Notes: generated from the letters alone by a model not told the origin. A stretch of 64,000 nt of DNA from Lama guanicoe (GCA_013239625.1 MU053561.1:2806283-2870282); one strand, 5' to 3'. Shown: positions 49,576 through 64,000, counted from the first letter of the stretch. Numbers and translations are program-made.

Positions 49576-52500
49576 CAGGCCTGGCTGAGAGCAAGAAGCG
49601 CACCTCCCAACACCCCTCCTGCAGGCAGAAACGCTGGCATTCGTAAGCTGTCACTCTGAGGAAGACAGCAGCTGTGTTATTCTATGATTTATAGAACAGA
49701 TTTGCATTTCCTTGCCTTTGAAGCTCGCCTATAATCTGCCACATAAATATTTGAAAGACAGGATGGTGGAAACAGACCTAAGCAGCTTAATCGAACACTT
49801 GGCAGGTAGAGGACTTGGGCTCGTGTTCATTTCCAACGCCCCCATGCCCCGGGGCCTCTTGGTGTGTGTGTACAAAATTGAAATTCAATGTTTAAACCCA
49901 ATCCTACAGTCAAAAATCCCACTTGAAGGAAAAGCCAGAAGAATGCCCGTTGGAAAACAGGTTTCATCTCATGTCTGGTCTCTTGGGCCAGAAGCCTGTT
50001 TGGCTTCCTTAAACTCTGCTCCAGGAAGCGGGGAACACAGAGTGCAAGCATCTCAGCCACGCTAGGAGGCCCACGGGTGCAAAGTGGGTGCTCTGAGCTC
50101 CCCCCCACAGCAGCCTTGTACTCATGAAGAGGCGGCTTCCCCAGGGAGTAGGATCAATCACCCCAAGACTAATCAAGGCTTTGGCTGTGTAGGGAGCCAG
50201 AATTCCCCAGCCCAGGAGCAGGGAAGCCTCAGAATTTCCGTGCCTCCTCCCCCAGGCAGGCTCTTCCAAAATAGGGTACAGAGCACAGTTTCTAGATTTA
50301 TTATAGGTTCCTATTAGGTGGCTAGAGTCAGAAGCTCTAAGTCCTGTGGTAATAAACAATAATTGTAATTTGTTTATCTAATTGTTAGAGCAGAAAATAC
50401 ACACTTTTCTTTTCACAGGAATCCTATTAATACTACAGAATAAGTAGAAAGCAGGAAATTGTGCCCTAATCTGGTTCAATAAATACATGTGGGTGCTCCT
50501 ATGTGTACTAGAAGAAGGAACATCAAAGGTGGTCTCCATCCTCAAGATAGACAGCAGTGCCACTTGTGGCTGGGCCCCTTATCAGATGTCATACGAGGGT
50601 GGAGGAGGAGTGAAGGAGGAGGCGCTCAAAGCTAAAAGGGCTTTTGTAAAACTCTGCGTGGGAGAGGGCGGAAAATCCAGTAAACAGAGACTCAGACTGA
50701 AAGTTAGGAGACCTGGTTAGCCCCATCCTGCCATGAGTTCTGTCCTGAGTCCCATGTCCTGAGTCCAGCCACTTTCCCTCTCTAGACCTCTGTGGGCTCA
50801 TCTGCAGAATGAGGCCGCTGATCCCAGGGGCCCCTACCCTCCCTTTGCTGTTAACATTCTAGAGCAGGCTGGACTAGGGGCAAGATTCAGATATGTCTGG
50901 ATGGTGGACTGACATCTCCCCCACTTCCCACCCAGATTTCTGGAGCTCTACAGAAAGAACCCCACTGTATTGACCACTGGGGTTGTCTGTAGACTTGGGA
51001 CAGAGAGAGGAAGGAGGCGGGGGAACTGGTGACAAAAGCCAAATGTGCAGGTCCTAGGAGACAGCTGAACCTCAAGGAGAAAGGAGCCTGGCAGACTGAG
51101 CAGCACAAGTCAGGAGGAAGCAGTGGTCCTGGGGCTGGCGTGGGGGCCAGCAGACAGCTGGGGTGTCTCATGAGCCTTCCAGGCCCCGGTGCCCAGCGAC
51201 CCTGTCCTAGGGCCCTGTAGTATTGTCACACTGGGGGCAGGGAGTTGTTCTTACACTCCCAAGCCGACTGCCAAGAACCAAAGGTCCAGGAAGGTGAAGC
51301 AACTTGCACTGTGGGTGAGACATCCCCCGGACTCCCAGAGAAGCTATGGGTAGGAGACACACTGAGCAGGTTGGTGTCCTAGGGCAGTGAGCCAGTGACA
51401 AGCCACTGATGTTAACGTGGCCTCATTTGGACACTCTGTGAGCCTAAACTAGTTAAGAAGGAAAGCAAGATTTAACATGGATCTGGGGAGGTGGCTGCCT
51501 GGGAGAGGGAGGAAAAGAGACCAGTCTCCCGAGGAAGCCCAGTGAGCACACCTGCTGTCACGGTGGGCAAGGGGGAGGAGGATCTCAACAGCTCTCGGGC
51601 CTGGCCGGGCTATGATGGGCATACTGGCTTGAACCTCCCGGGAGAGGCTGTCACTGTAGGCAAGAGGAGGACAGAAAGAGGAAGGACCAGCCTCTGAGAT
51701 GGAATGAGATCTGGGGACCCAGTCTATCCATCAGTCCTCACGCCCACCCAGAAAGTGGGCTACGGGAAGGTGGGAGAGAGTCCTACACCAGCAGGCCCCG
51801 CCCCCTCGCATCCCTCAGGGCTGCCAGCGCTGCCCCACCTCCTCGTGAAGGAGCCGCTGGGCCCGCCCTGCCACCATGGGGGAGCTGTGAGGCCTGTGAG
51901 ACCACGGGGGAAGCAGAAAGACACACACAGAAGGCAGTTCCATGGTTACCTGGCATCTGCCTGTCCATACCTTGAGGTGGATGCGGCCGAGGAAATCCTG
52001 GCTACACAAATTAGGCAGAAGCCTTTGACCCCACGTGTGGGTCCGTCATCAGAATCATGGTGGCTTTTCCCACATGCTGAGTCCACAGCTGACCCTATTG
52101 TCCTGTGGCCTCAGCAGTTGTACCTCTGACCTGGGTGGGGCTGCAAGTCTGGGCAGGAGAGGCTTTGGGAAGCCGGAGTTGCTGCCAATGATTTGTTTCC
52201 AGCCTGGGGTGGGAGCCAGGCTGGGTTCCAGGAGCAACGTTCAATCAGTCATTAGGCACCGACTTTGCCCCAGCCCCACAGTCACCTCATCCTGCCTCAG
52301 GGCCTTTGCACTTGTTGTCTCTCTCCCTGAAGTACTTTTCCTCCTGATCCTCTCCTGATGTGTGCTCCCTGTTTCATCAAATGTCACCTTCTCATAGAGG
52401 CCTTCCCTGACCATCCAGGCTAGTGTAGCCCCCGTTCACTCTCTGCTATACTGCCCTGTTTATTTCCTTGTTGACACTTATAGACAATCTAATTCCCTTG

Positions 52501-53574
52501 TTTATCTGTTTACATGTTCACCTTCCCAGAATGTTAGTTCCTTTGGGGGAGGGGTCTTTGGTTTCTGGTTCACAACCATCCACGGCTTCCAGCACCGGGC
52601 CTGGTGCACAGCAGGCACTTAACAAGTATCTGGTGAATGAATAAAGGAACGGATGAATGAACACCACTGCAGCCGGCTCTGTGGCGGGTTATCCCTGATA
52701 ACCTTACCCCCGGGCTTCTCCCCTCTTAACAGAACCTCAGTTCTGTTTGGCAGCCCATCCTGCTCACTAGTTTCACTGAGCTGTTACAGTGTCCCTTTCC
52801 CCATGCTAGTTGCTCACTTCAAAAAAGACTCGTGAGGTGACTCTGGCCAGAACCATGAGCAGAAGTCTACTGAGTGGCAATTGGAGGTTCTAAAAGAGGT
52901 TTTCCCTTCATAAAAAGAGAAACAGATACAGCCATTTGATCTGGATGCGATGCCTGGTGTTGCTGAAGAATCTGGGTCCTCGGTGACATCACTGAAGAGC
53001 AGTACTTCTTGTTCTCGGGCATAATTAATGCTCTCATTTTTAAGCCATTGTGAGCAGCAGCTTTTGTGAATTGCTGCCTAAGGCTTTTGAGCCATTGAGA
53101 CGGTGGCATATTGCTATCCCTTAGTCCTAGTGGCAGCCACTGACCTGGAGCCTGGGCTTTTGTCCCCTAGGTGTAGTGGCAGGTGAACATGAATTAAAGA
53201 ACTAGTTCCTTCCTTACTTCATCTGTACATCCAAAAAACTTCCTTGAAAACCTCTGTACCACACTAGAAGGAGAGAGGTAAGGTCCTGGCCCTGAAGGAG
53301 CCCAGAGCCCATGGGAGAAAGACGTGTGAAGAGAGATTCGTGCTTCTGCAACAGGGGTACATGAGGTGCCACACAGAGCTGAGAGCAGGAGGAGGAAGGG
53401 TCTGAAAACGGGAGGTGGCAGGGTGACTGCAAAAGAGGTTGTATGTGAGCTGAGTCCTTTACAAAAAGCAGAAGTTGCCCAGATGGACAAGCTCACCAAG
53501 AGTCAATCAGGCAGAGGGAGGAATAACATCTCAGGTTCCAGAAAAGTAAGAGAGTAAGCGGGACCCCCTTTTAA

Positions 53575-53790
53575 ACACCTACCATGAGCCAGGCACTGTG
53601 CTAGGTGATGTAACATACATTTCCCCGTTCTCATCCTTTGGATATGCGTGCGAGGTAAATGCTATTAACCCATTTCATAATATGAAAACTGAGGCTCCCA
53701 GTAGTTGTGACCTGCCCAAGGTCCTGCAGCCAGAAAGCGGCAGAGTCAGGCTTTGAACACGGACCATCTGGCTCCAGATCTCATAGTCTT
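53575..53790 (-). mobile_element. MIR SINE
   Basis: GCCAGGCACTGTGCTAGG...CCCATTT...AAACTGAGGCT...GACCTGCCCAAGGTC...TTTGAAC. Confidence 0.7.
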
Positions 53791-56399
53791 TCTCTCACCC
53801 CAGCATTCCTCCTTCGGAACTGGACCCTACAAGACAAACTTGGAGCCCAACCCAGTGACCCACATGTGAAAGAGCCACAGCTCCGCTAGCAGGAGGGAGA
53901 AGTGAGAGACTGTTGGCAGAAGGTGTGCTCTGGGCGGGGTTGCGGTGAGGTGGGTGGTTGATGGAGACAGTGGGCAGAGAAGGGAGAATGTGGGTGACCT
54001 GGAAATGCCAATCTCTCTTATTCTGGGTTTATTTTAAGTTGAATGACTGTACTCCGGGTTGCCATTGCCTAATCATTTCCATTTAAATCTCCCTTACAGC
54101 TAAATCTTATGCTAAAAATTTACCGGCCCACAAATTTTTGTTAACCAGCCTGCTACGAATATGATACAGATGGCCAAATAAATAAAACCCATCGGTAGTT
54201 ATGACAAGCCTCCCTGAAATGGTAAGTGGCCTTGGGCTTCTGGGATGTGGCTTCGAGAAGACTGACTAAAATAATGAACAGGAAGATGAAACAAACATTA
54301 GGTCTCCGGGCATTGTGTGGCCCTGCCAAGCTGGCACCCCAGCTTCTGCAGACACCCTTAGTTGGCAAGCTCTCTTTTTCATGAAACACAGGGTATGACA
54401 GACACCCATCATCATAATAAAATAACCTCACGAGCTAATTTCCCGAGGCTTCGGTCTCGGCAGGGAAGGATATAATATAGCAAGCCAGCAGAAGCCAACC
54501 AAGTGGTGATACAGTAGTTCTGTTTTACATTACATTAAATGTTACTATTTCTGAAGGGAATGTCTGTGGAGCACTGGTGTTACCCATAGCAACCAGCTAA
54601 TAAATTGTAACTTACACTGCCTCAGCTTATTGTAGGGGTGGAGAACAGCAGGGGGAAAAAAAAGACCAAAATTTAAAAAAAAAAGGCAAATGCTGGCAAA
54701 AATGCCACATTTTCCCCGCTCTCACCACCTCCCCTACACACAAGCGCACGCGCGTGCGCGTGCATGCACACACACACTACCACAGATGCGGGCTGCATCA
54801 GCATTCTCTAGCAAAATTACTTAAGGTGAAGTGGGACAATTAGCAGCCAAGGGTTTAAAATTCTTGACCTTCGTATTTATATAGATGGTGCCTCTTTTAA
54901 AGCTCAGAAGATATGCTTTAAATGTTTCTGACTCTGGGCGCTGCCCTTTACAAGGATGACCACGGGCATCTGCTCACAGCCTCTGTTGAGGTAGTCTTCA
55001 GCGTCAAGCCTGCACCTGGAATTAAGCTGTTCACCTTTCCCCTTTCTGTCTGCAAATAGCTCATGCCTAATTGTCCCCCTCCTTCAAACTCACAGCAGGC
55101 TGGCGAGCCTTGCTCTTTGCTACACTGAGCCTACTCTGTGGCCCCAAAACCAATAGATTCTTTCCTTCCATTGACTCCTGTTCCAGGAGCCATTCAGTCT
55201 TTTATGCATCCATTTGGTCTCTCCAAAACTTGGGCCTTGGATCTGTATTTACACTTTGTGGCCTTCAGACAGTCTGTTCATCTGTGTGGGCTGATGAACT
55301 GTGTAGTCTACCTACCTGTCCACGTGAACAGTGTTGAACTTAATGAAATTGCTCCTTCCTCTGAAATGCCCATCACTCAGCCACCTGGGACAAAGTGACC
55401 AACGCTCATACCACCTGAATAAGTGCCCGGGGCATCCTCTTTCTGTCTGGCCATCTCTGCTCTGTGTGCAGAATTGGGGAGCTGGAGAGTGCACCGAGGC
55501 TCAGACCAGAGGGGATCCCCTTGTCTCTTCCTCTAGGGGACCAGCACAGGGCACAGAGATGCATGGAACTTGGAATCAGGTACTCAGGATCAAGAACAAC
55601 CTCGGGTACTTAAGAGCTGAGTGTCATTTGGCAAAACCATTTTGCTTCTGGGAACTTAATCTCCTCATCTGCAAGTGACAATACTGGATCAGTTAGCACA
55701 CGTTTAGCTACAGTAACGGAAAACCCAACTGACAACGCTTTAAAAAGGAAGAAACATTATATATGTATCACTGAATCACTATGCTGTACGCCAGAAACTA
55801 ACACAACATTATATATCAACTATACTTCAATTAAAAAATTAATTAATTATAAGGAGGAAACATTTTCTTATAAGGCAATGGTAGGAGAAGCTGGAGGCTG
55901 TTTCCAGTTCCCTGTAATTCTCTCCTGTGGGTTCCTTTCATCATCAAGTTCTCCACACCAGAGTGTGTCTCTACTGCAGTCTGTGCGTCCGTCTGCTCGC
56001 CCAGACCTGCCTGTCTCACTCATCCCCAAAAGCCCCTGCCTCCAGCTCCGTGCCTGGATGTGGTCAGAAGGAAGGGATGGGTGAGTGAGTGAATGAGGGA
56101 GTGATTCTAAACCGTCTCCCTTCTCATAGAAGAAAAAGGGAATTGGGGGAAAACAAAAAGCTGTAATTTGGGGAGAATGCTCTGTAAACTGTAACATGCT
56201 GCAAAGTATTCATTACTACATTCAGGAAGGTTCCTGCCATGGGAGCAGCCTCTTGGGTGCCAGTGTGAGCTCTAAGCCACACCGTAATGTTAGTGCGGTG
56301 TTTGATGGGACAATGGAGGGAAGATATTTTTTTCCAGGAAAAGTAGATGACTTTTGGCCCCTAAAAACAAAACAAAAACAAAAACAAAAACACCCACAG

Positions 56400-57140
56400 T
56401 GTAATCATTAATTACAAAGGTCAAAAGTTATCTTTATACTGAAGAGATCTGAGAGACATCCCCTTAGCCAAATAATTAAACTTGGCATCACAAACAATGA
56501 GGGCAACTGACCTTACGACTTTATGGCCTCCTGATGTGTGCAGTGGGGTCCACACGGTATCACCTGTGTAGCAGTCTTCCCTCAGACACTCAGCCTGAAT
56601 ATGATCGTGAGGAAGCAATCAGCAAACCCCAGTTCATCAGACAGTCATCAGGACAACCAGCTGGACGTTTTTGAATAATGTCAGTGTCAGGAAGACAGAA
56701 AGTCAAAAGGCAGGTCTCCTGCGAATTCACAGAGACTAAGAAGATATAACAACCAAACTGCAATGAGTGAATCTGGTTGGTTCCTTCTCACAAAAATGCT
56801 ATAAAATGTATTTTTTTGACAGTTGGACTATACATTGGATAATCCTATCACGCTAATGTTAAATGTCTTCAGTGTGATTGTCGTATTTTAGGAGAATGTC
56901 ATTCTTAGTAGTTCCATTGTGACATGTCATGATGTCAGTAACTTACTTTGAAATAGTTTAGGGGAAAAAAAACCTAGACACAAATACACTCATGTAAATA
57001 CACACACCACACACAACACTCAGGCACACATATGCGTGGAGGGAAGAAGCAAATGTGGAGAAATGGGAGGGTGACATAAATATTCACTGTGCTGTTCTTT
57101 CAAGGTTTCTGTAGCTTTGAATTATTTTAATCTAAAATAT
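56400..57140 (+). mobile_element. Ancient L1ME-type 3' region
   Basis: Degenerate 3'UTR motifs (AATGTTAAAT...GGAGAATGTC, TTCACTGTGCTGTTCTTTCAAG...TTTGAATT). Confidence 0.5.
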
Positions 57141-60100
57141 TGGGCGGAAAGACATTAGCAGAGAGCATCAAAATCCTCTTTACTCCTTCAGACACTGTTC
57201 TGGTTAGACATTTACATTGTGTCCATTTTGATTCTTTCAGTTTTTATTATCATGCATTTGTCTTCGGAATTCTCCTACCCAGGCTAAATTAGAAAAATCA
57301 GGGCAACGTGTCAGAGCACACGCATTTGTAAGGATGCACCAGTCTTTCAAAAACATCAGCTGGGCTCCTGCTGCGAATTCCTACTGTTCCTCTTTTCTTT
57401 CTCTCTCTCTTTCTACTCTCTCTCTCTGCCTTCCCACCAGTCACCTCAAGTGCCCTGCGCATTTAAATGACCTTGGTCCCTGCCCTCCAGTCCTGTACAT
57501 CCTAGATATGCCATCCTTTGAGGCGAAGCAAGGAAAAGAGCACCAGTCACAGCCCCAGTGCCCACCTCCCACAAACAAACACCTGAGACTTGGACGAAAA
57601 GACAGCAGGACTAAAATTTAGCCTTAGATTATCCAGACCACAGCAGAGGTGGGATTTGGGGAGGATCTTGGTGGAGGAGGGGCTCAGAATTGAGAAGCTC
57701 GGTCTGGCCTAGGCTGATAAAATGTAGATCAGGCCAAGCCCAGGATGCTAGGCCATCTGGCAGAATTTCTAGGAAGGGCTGGTCCCTGCTGCTTCTTGTC
57801 CCTGAAGCTGGAAGAGGCCAGCGTGTGCGACTGGCTGTTGGCAAATGGCCCTTCACCCCCTGGGGTGTCCAGTCTCGCTGCGCTCATTTACCAGATCTGC
57901 ATACCTCTCTGGTATTTGGCCGTCTTGTGACTTCATTCCTCAACCCTCCTCTAGTCCACTGCTGCTCCCCGGGCAGGGCCAGACTTTTCCACAGACGGAA
58001 CCAGCCAGGGGATGATGGTGACGGAGGCCCTCTGGCACGCCAGCTCACTGGGGGCTGCCCCACATTTGAGGACCTTCAGGCCTGCTTTATCCATTAGGCA
58101 TAGTGTGCGAAGCACCTGAGGCCCATGATACTATTAGGGGCTCACAAAAATATTTTAACATTAGGGGGAAAAAATGAGCTGGTAGGGTCAAAGATTATAT
58201 TCTTTATTCCAACATAGTCATAAAATGTAATTTGTAATATTTTTATACAGGAAGCCCTGCCCCCTCCTCCCCTAAGGAGAGTGTGCCCAGGACCCTAGAA
58301 GGTCATGATGCAGCCCTTTGGGACTAGTTGGCTCTGCACCCCAACCCCCCCCAAACACAGGGTACCCAGAAAGACGAAGCCCCAGACGCCTTGGCACCTC
58401 TGGCCACGTTTCTTTTCTCTCCTGCGGCTCCTTCCCCAGCTTTGCCCACCACCGCAGCTCTAGGACTCACGTTTTTATGAATCTGCAGCAAAATGAGACA
58501 GATAAGAACAATGTGATGAGTTGAGTTTATACTACATACGAGACTTCTTTTTTTTCTGAAAGTGTGTATTTCTTTCTTTTTAAAAAAGTTTCTGATACTA
58601 AAATGCTTTTTTAATCTCTAAAATTATGATAATGGCAGATGATATTTTGAAGGACTGTTATTTCACAAAATGTAAAAGTTGGTGTCCCTGTGTGGGTCCT
58701 GCCCTCCCCCATGATTCCGTGGACATTGTGCTGGTCTGAGCTACCTTCAGCTTATTTTCAAGACTAACCTCTCACGGCTCATCTTCCATGAAGCCCTGGC
58801 TGGCTGGCCCCAGGCTCTAGGCTCTGCCAGTCCCTACATCACTTCCACCACAATACTCACTTCCTCTTGCCCCACTAGTGTTTTCTTGACCGAAGCCACT
58901 GCTAGGCATCCCCAGGGAGGCAGGACGGCACCTTACTTCTGTGTGTCTCCTCCCCTTGGCACGATGCCTGGCACACAGGAGCTGCTCAATCAATCTTTGT
59001 TGAATGAACGGTGAAACATACCAATTCCCAGAAAAATTAAGCTAATGGATAGAATTTCTCCAGCTTTTTGTTTTTTCTCTCTACATTTTTATTAAATCTT
59101 TGGCACCTGCTATTGCTTGTCCACTGGCCAGTGCTAGCAGATGACAGAGAGAATTAGCAAGTAGCAAATGAATATTAATGGACCCAGACATAGCCGCTGG
59201 TGCTTAGTTTGACAGCTTGTTTTTTCAGTGGACAGGTGTTTGGGCTTATGGTTGTGGTTTTATATTGTGTGTTAGTGTCTGGAAATTTAATTAAATGTAA
59301 CATTTCTAAGCAACTTAAGCATACAGTAGCTAAATGTGTAATTTTGTGCTATATCATAGGTTGTATTTTGGACTGAAATAGATCAACATTTCATGGTGTT
59401 CTGCAAAGGATACTATGACTGATAGGAACTCCCCTGCAGGAAAACACTAGAGACTAGAAGACAGAGGACCACTGTCCTGGTGCAAGTGTGGGCTCAAGGG
59501 GCAGATTTTTAAAGGGAGACTAAAAGGAAGCGGGAAGTGGTACCCAGGAAGGGGGGTTGGAGAGGTTTGTACAAGGCCAGGGCAAACGCTCTGCCCCCGT
59601 CCCTCCCTCCCATTGCTTGGGTCTGAGAATGTAATTCTCTCTTGTTTGTTTTTGCTGAGGCTTTAGGTGCATCTGTATTAATGTCTGTGTGTGTTGAGGG
59701 TGTGGCAAATAATTAAAGCAATTATTGGGTGAAGAAGAAAAGGCTTCGGTCCGTCTCAGGGTGAATCTTCCCACACTCAGCTCTGATCCTGTCACTTGTC
59801 TGTTGAGAAAATCCCCAGGGGCACCATTTGCAGCCTGAGCAGCCTCATTTCTTGTCTAGTGTTTAAGTGTCTCAAATCCAGCCCCGGTGTAACTTTCCAA
59901 CAGTACTTCCACTACGCCTCCACACACGCTCTGTAGGCCAGCTGAACGGAATGTACCACCTGGCTTTCCAGTCCAGTCTGCTTTCTTGATTCTAGTACAG
60001 TTTCCTTTTTTTCTAGATCTGGGAGGTCCTTCAGTCTATCTCCAAAAATCTTACCTGCTTTTCAAGGCCCAGCCTCTATTCTACTTCCTTCATGGAGACT

Positions 60101-61299
60101 AGCCCAGTGTCCCCCCAGTGGGTGTCATCACTGTCTTCTTTGACCTCCTACATCTCTTTCCAGGCACTTAACATAGTCTGCTTTCTAGAATAGTAATTTC
60201 TATATTTTATTATCCCCATGCCCCAGAGCAGACACACATAGATCTGTTACAAGAAAGTCATGGTAAGGGAGTTTTATTCATCTGTGTCTAATACCACACC
60301 TGGCACTTTGATCTCATTTTATCTCTGTTGCATTGAGTTGAATTGGTGTCCTCGATGAGGCCCAGCTGAATGCTGCATCTATTTTGCTCATATTCTGTGT
60401 ATCAGAATTCTTCCAGCTGCAAATCAAAGATGAACCAACACAACAGGGCAGCATCAATAAGGAAAGTAAATAACAATATCTCACCTTCTAAGACATCAGG
60501 AGGTAGGGAGGCTCCTGGGTTGAGTTCAGTGGCTCAGTGATGTCATTAAAGACCTCCCTTCTTCGGCACGAGGGCCACCCCTGAACTGGTCACAGTGCGG
60601 CTGCTCAGGCCCAGGTTCTGTACACAGATCCAACACCGGGGAGCTAAGAAAAGAAATATCCTTTCTATGATGCTCTGTTTATCACAAGGGAAAATCTTTT
60701 CTACGAGAGTGCTGGCAGATCTCCCCCCTCCACAAACATATTATTGATCAGAATTGTAACACATGTCCAGGTCTAAAACAATTGCTGGCAAAGAGAACAG
60801 AATTATCCCTATTGGCTCGGGCTAATAGAGATTCACAGCCTTGGTCACGGAAAAGGTGCAGACTCCCCTAAGCACGTGGCCACCAGCTGTCTAAACAAAC
60901 TGGGTTTGGTGTCGAGGCCGAAGTAAGAAATGGCTTTGTCCAGGCACAGTTGTGTCTGCCAAAGTCAGTCTGCGTTACAGACTATACAAAGCCTGCGGCT
61001 ACCAGAGCAGGAGACCTGAGCTCTCATAGCAATGCGGAGGATGGGCACCCTTGCCTCCCACAGGGAGGTCACACAATGGCTACCATTCATTTCTAGCCCC
61101 TTCCTCCTCCACCTTCCAACACCCCCTCCCCTATCCTCAAGCTCAGCCAATGACTTGCCTAGGAAACATAAGTAAAGAAGTTCCAAATTCTTCTACCTAC
61201 CTCTACTCACCAGCTTACATCACTGCTCACATTCCATTGTTTCTCTCCTCCCACATGACCAATGGTCCATTCTTGTTCCCAGTCAAGGGCAGTGCCTGC

Positions 61300-63480
61300 A
61301 CTTGGACCCTAAGTTTCAGTCCCTCTCGACTCAAGGACGTCATCCGGCCAATCTCCTTTCTGTCTTCTGCATCACTTGACTGGATTTTCCTCTCTCCACT
61401 AGATCATTCTCATCCATGAACAACATGCACCCAAACTTACAACGCCCTTCTTGATGGCACATCCTTCTACCACCACGGATGCATTTCCCTAGTTCCCCTT
61501 ATATCAGAATTCCTCCAAATGGGAATCTATGACCATGCTCCAATTCCTCTCCTCCCATTCACTCTTTTTTTAAAATCATTATTATTGAAGTACAGTCAAT
61601 TTATAATGTGTTAATTTCTGGTGTACAGCATAGTGATTCATTCATACATGTATATGTATGTTCCTTTTTATATTCTCTTTCATTGTAGGCCATTACAAGG
61701 TATTGAATACAGTTCCCTGTGCTGTACAGTAGGACCATGTTGTTTATCTATTTTATATACAGCACTTCCATTCACTCTTCAACTCCTCCTGAGCAGGCTT
61801 CCACCCTTCTCACTCCACTAAAACTCTCCCTCTTACGGTAACTAAAGATGTTCATTGACTAAATCCAGCCAACAATTCTCAGTCCTCATCCTGCTGGATC
61901 TGTTAGCAGTATTCAACATAATCAATTCCTTCTTTCTACCAGTAACACAGCATCTGTGACTTGGTTCCCAGGACACCACACACACCTGTTTTTTTCTCCT
62001 ATTGCACCAGCGGATCCTTCTCTGTCATATTTGCTATCCGTCTTCCTTTCTAAATGTTATGGTTTCCTGGGGCTCAGTCCTGCCACTCCTTATCCTGACC
62101 TAAACTCACACCCTCAGTGCTCTCATCAGCCTCATGGATTTAGCTATCAGTGCTATGCTGATGACTCCCAAGGGGTGTTTGCAGCCTGGACATCCCCACT
62201 GGATTCTAGACTCAGACATCCAACTGCCTACTTGACATCCTAATCTGAATGTCCATATGACAGTTCAGATTGCACATGATTGTACCAGTTATCTATTGCT
62301 CCATCACAAATCCTAAAGCTTACTGGCAGTGTGGACAGACTCAGCTGGATGGTTTGCCTGCTGGCTCTCAGGAGACTGAAGTCCTCTGGAGGATTTACTT
62401 GGACTGGACAGTTTAAGATGCCCTCATTACATGTCTGACCGTCAGTCGAAGCCCTTGGTTGTCCTCCATATGACTCTCCTACAGAACAGCCTGGGCTGCT
62501 TCTATGGCTGAAGCAGCCTTCTAAGAGGACAAGTCCCAATGTACAAACCCCAGTGCATGACTAATTGAGGGCCATTGAGGTCTTAACCTCTCATAATGTC
62601 CAAAACAGAACTCCTAGCACTTACCATAAATGGCGACTTTATCCTTTGGCTCAGGCCAATTCTGCAACTCCTCTCTTGTTTCCACAGTTCTCATGGACTC
62701 CATCATCAAATTCTGTCAGCTCCTTCTATAAAACCGTATCCTGAATCCAGCCTCTTCTCGCCACCTCCTTTCTACCACCGGATCCAGGCCACCTCCATGT
62801 CTATTACACTGGCTTTTAGTTGGTTTCCCTGCTGCCACTCTGACCCCTGTGGTCTGTTACCAAATTGTCAGCCTGAGCAACCCTGTTCAAACATTAATTG
62901 GATGATTTCACTGCTCTCCTTAAAACTCTCCCAAGTTTTTACAATGGTCAACAAGTTCCTACATGATTGCACTCCTTGCTACCACCCTTCCCTCCTGCAC
63001 ACACATAACATTACCTCTATGACCTCATTTCCAAATATTCTCCCTTCTTCACTTAGCTGCAGCCATGCCAGAATCCCAGATGCTTCTCAGCCATACCTGG
63101 TGCACTCCTGGCTGAGGGCCTTTGCACTTGCTGTCCCCCTGCTCAGAAGCCTCTTCCCTCAGACATCTGCAGGCTGGACTCTTCATTCAAATGTCAATTT
63201 CCAGGGAGTGTCAACTGATTTAAAATTGCTGCCCCCCTCCGCCAGCACTCCCGTCCCTTCCCTGGTTTTCTTCTTCTCACAGCCCGTTTTAACATCTGAC
63301 ATCCTACCTGCTTTACTTGTTCATTTGTTTCTTGTCTGTCTCTCCCTCTGAGAATGTTAACTCCATGAGAGCAGGTTTTCTTTTTGTCTGTTTTGGTCCC
63401 CCAGCACCCAGAACAGAGCCTGGCATTTAGTAGGTGTTTTTTCAGATTTGTTAAGTGACTGAATTCATTGAGCATTCACT
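61300..63480 (+). mobile_element. L2 LINE relic with nested short L1 3' end (~61565-61760, minus) and MaLR-like piece (~62280-62560)
   Basis: L2 signatures CAGTCCTCATC, TATGCTGATGACTCCCAA, CCAACTGCCTACTTGACATC, AGGGCCTTTGCACTTGCTGT, AACTCCATGAGAGCAGG. Confidence 0.7.
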
Positions 63481-64000
63481 CTGTGCTACGGATTTCAGCC
63501 AGTGTCTTACCCCTGAACTCCCCATGCTAACCCTAGTAACCAAGAACTACGATCTCTCCTCGTATACAGCAGGTGCTATTGTCTCCATTTTGCAGATGAA
63601 GAAACTGAGGCTGGCTAGTTAAGTAAGTCACCTGAGGTCACACAGCTGGCAAAGGAAGAAGCTCTTCCCCAGCAAGTGGAACGGTCATTTGCCTTCCCCA
63701 GTTTGCTCACGGCCCAGAGGTGGGGTGGGCAGCATCTTTGGGTGGTATTCCTTTCTTTGGGTGACTGCCTTGCTAGAGTTCCATTGTGTTCCAAATCCGC
63801 AGTTATGAAAGAAAAGGAGAAGGAGGAGGAGGAAGAGAAGAAGAAAGTGTTGGGAGAGAAAGGGATGGAGAAGGTGGTGGAAGGGCGGGATCAGGGGCCA
63901 TCCAGCTGCCTCCTGGCTTGACAGTAGAACACAGGACCACCCAGAAGGCATGGGAGGAGGACTCATGTGTGCTCCCCTCCGCATCCCCCAGCTCATGGTG

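Noticed and set aside
62596..63351. 251-aa ORF
   Set aside because: Lies within an L2 relic, has no recognisable domain, and is best explained as a chance open frame.
1..64000. CRISPR array, operon or other prokaryote-type system
   Set aside because: The sequence is clearly mammalian; there is no regularly spaced repeat-spacer array or dense gene cluster.

Overview
Mammalian genomic DNA, most likely camelid (llama/alpaca/camel), judging from several Vic-1-like tRNA-derived SINEs. The first 9.2 kb holds exons 1-4 of the T/NK-cell adhesion receptor gene CD2 on the minus strand, with canonical GT-AG phase-1 introns; exon 5 (cytoplasmic tail) lies beyond the left edge. The remaining ~55 kb is upstream intergenic DNA (in human this side leads towards IGSF3). 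It is rich in L1, L2, MIR, MaLR/ERVL LTRs and DNA-transposon relics, with several repeat-free AT-rich blocks that may be conserved non-coding elements. The main unexpected element is a degraded, 5'-truncated processed pseudogene of CNOT3 (~45.76-46.86 kb) inside an old L1, within a nested transposon cluster. Candidate regulatory signals include a CTCF site with its upstream module ~6 kb upstream of CD2 and a second copy of the promoter RUNX-like/E-box 10-mer. I found no convincing evidence of a wholly new biological system. Repeat family names and cross-species comparisons are from memory, not from a search, and repeat boundaries are approximate.
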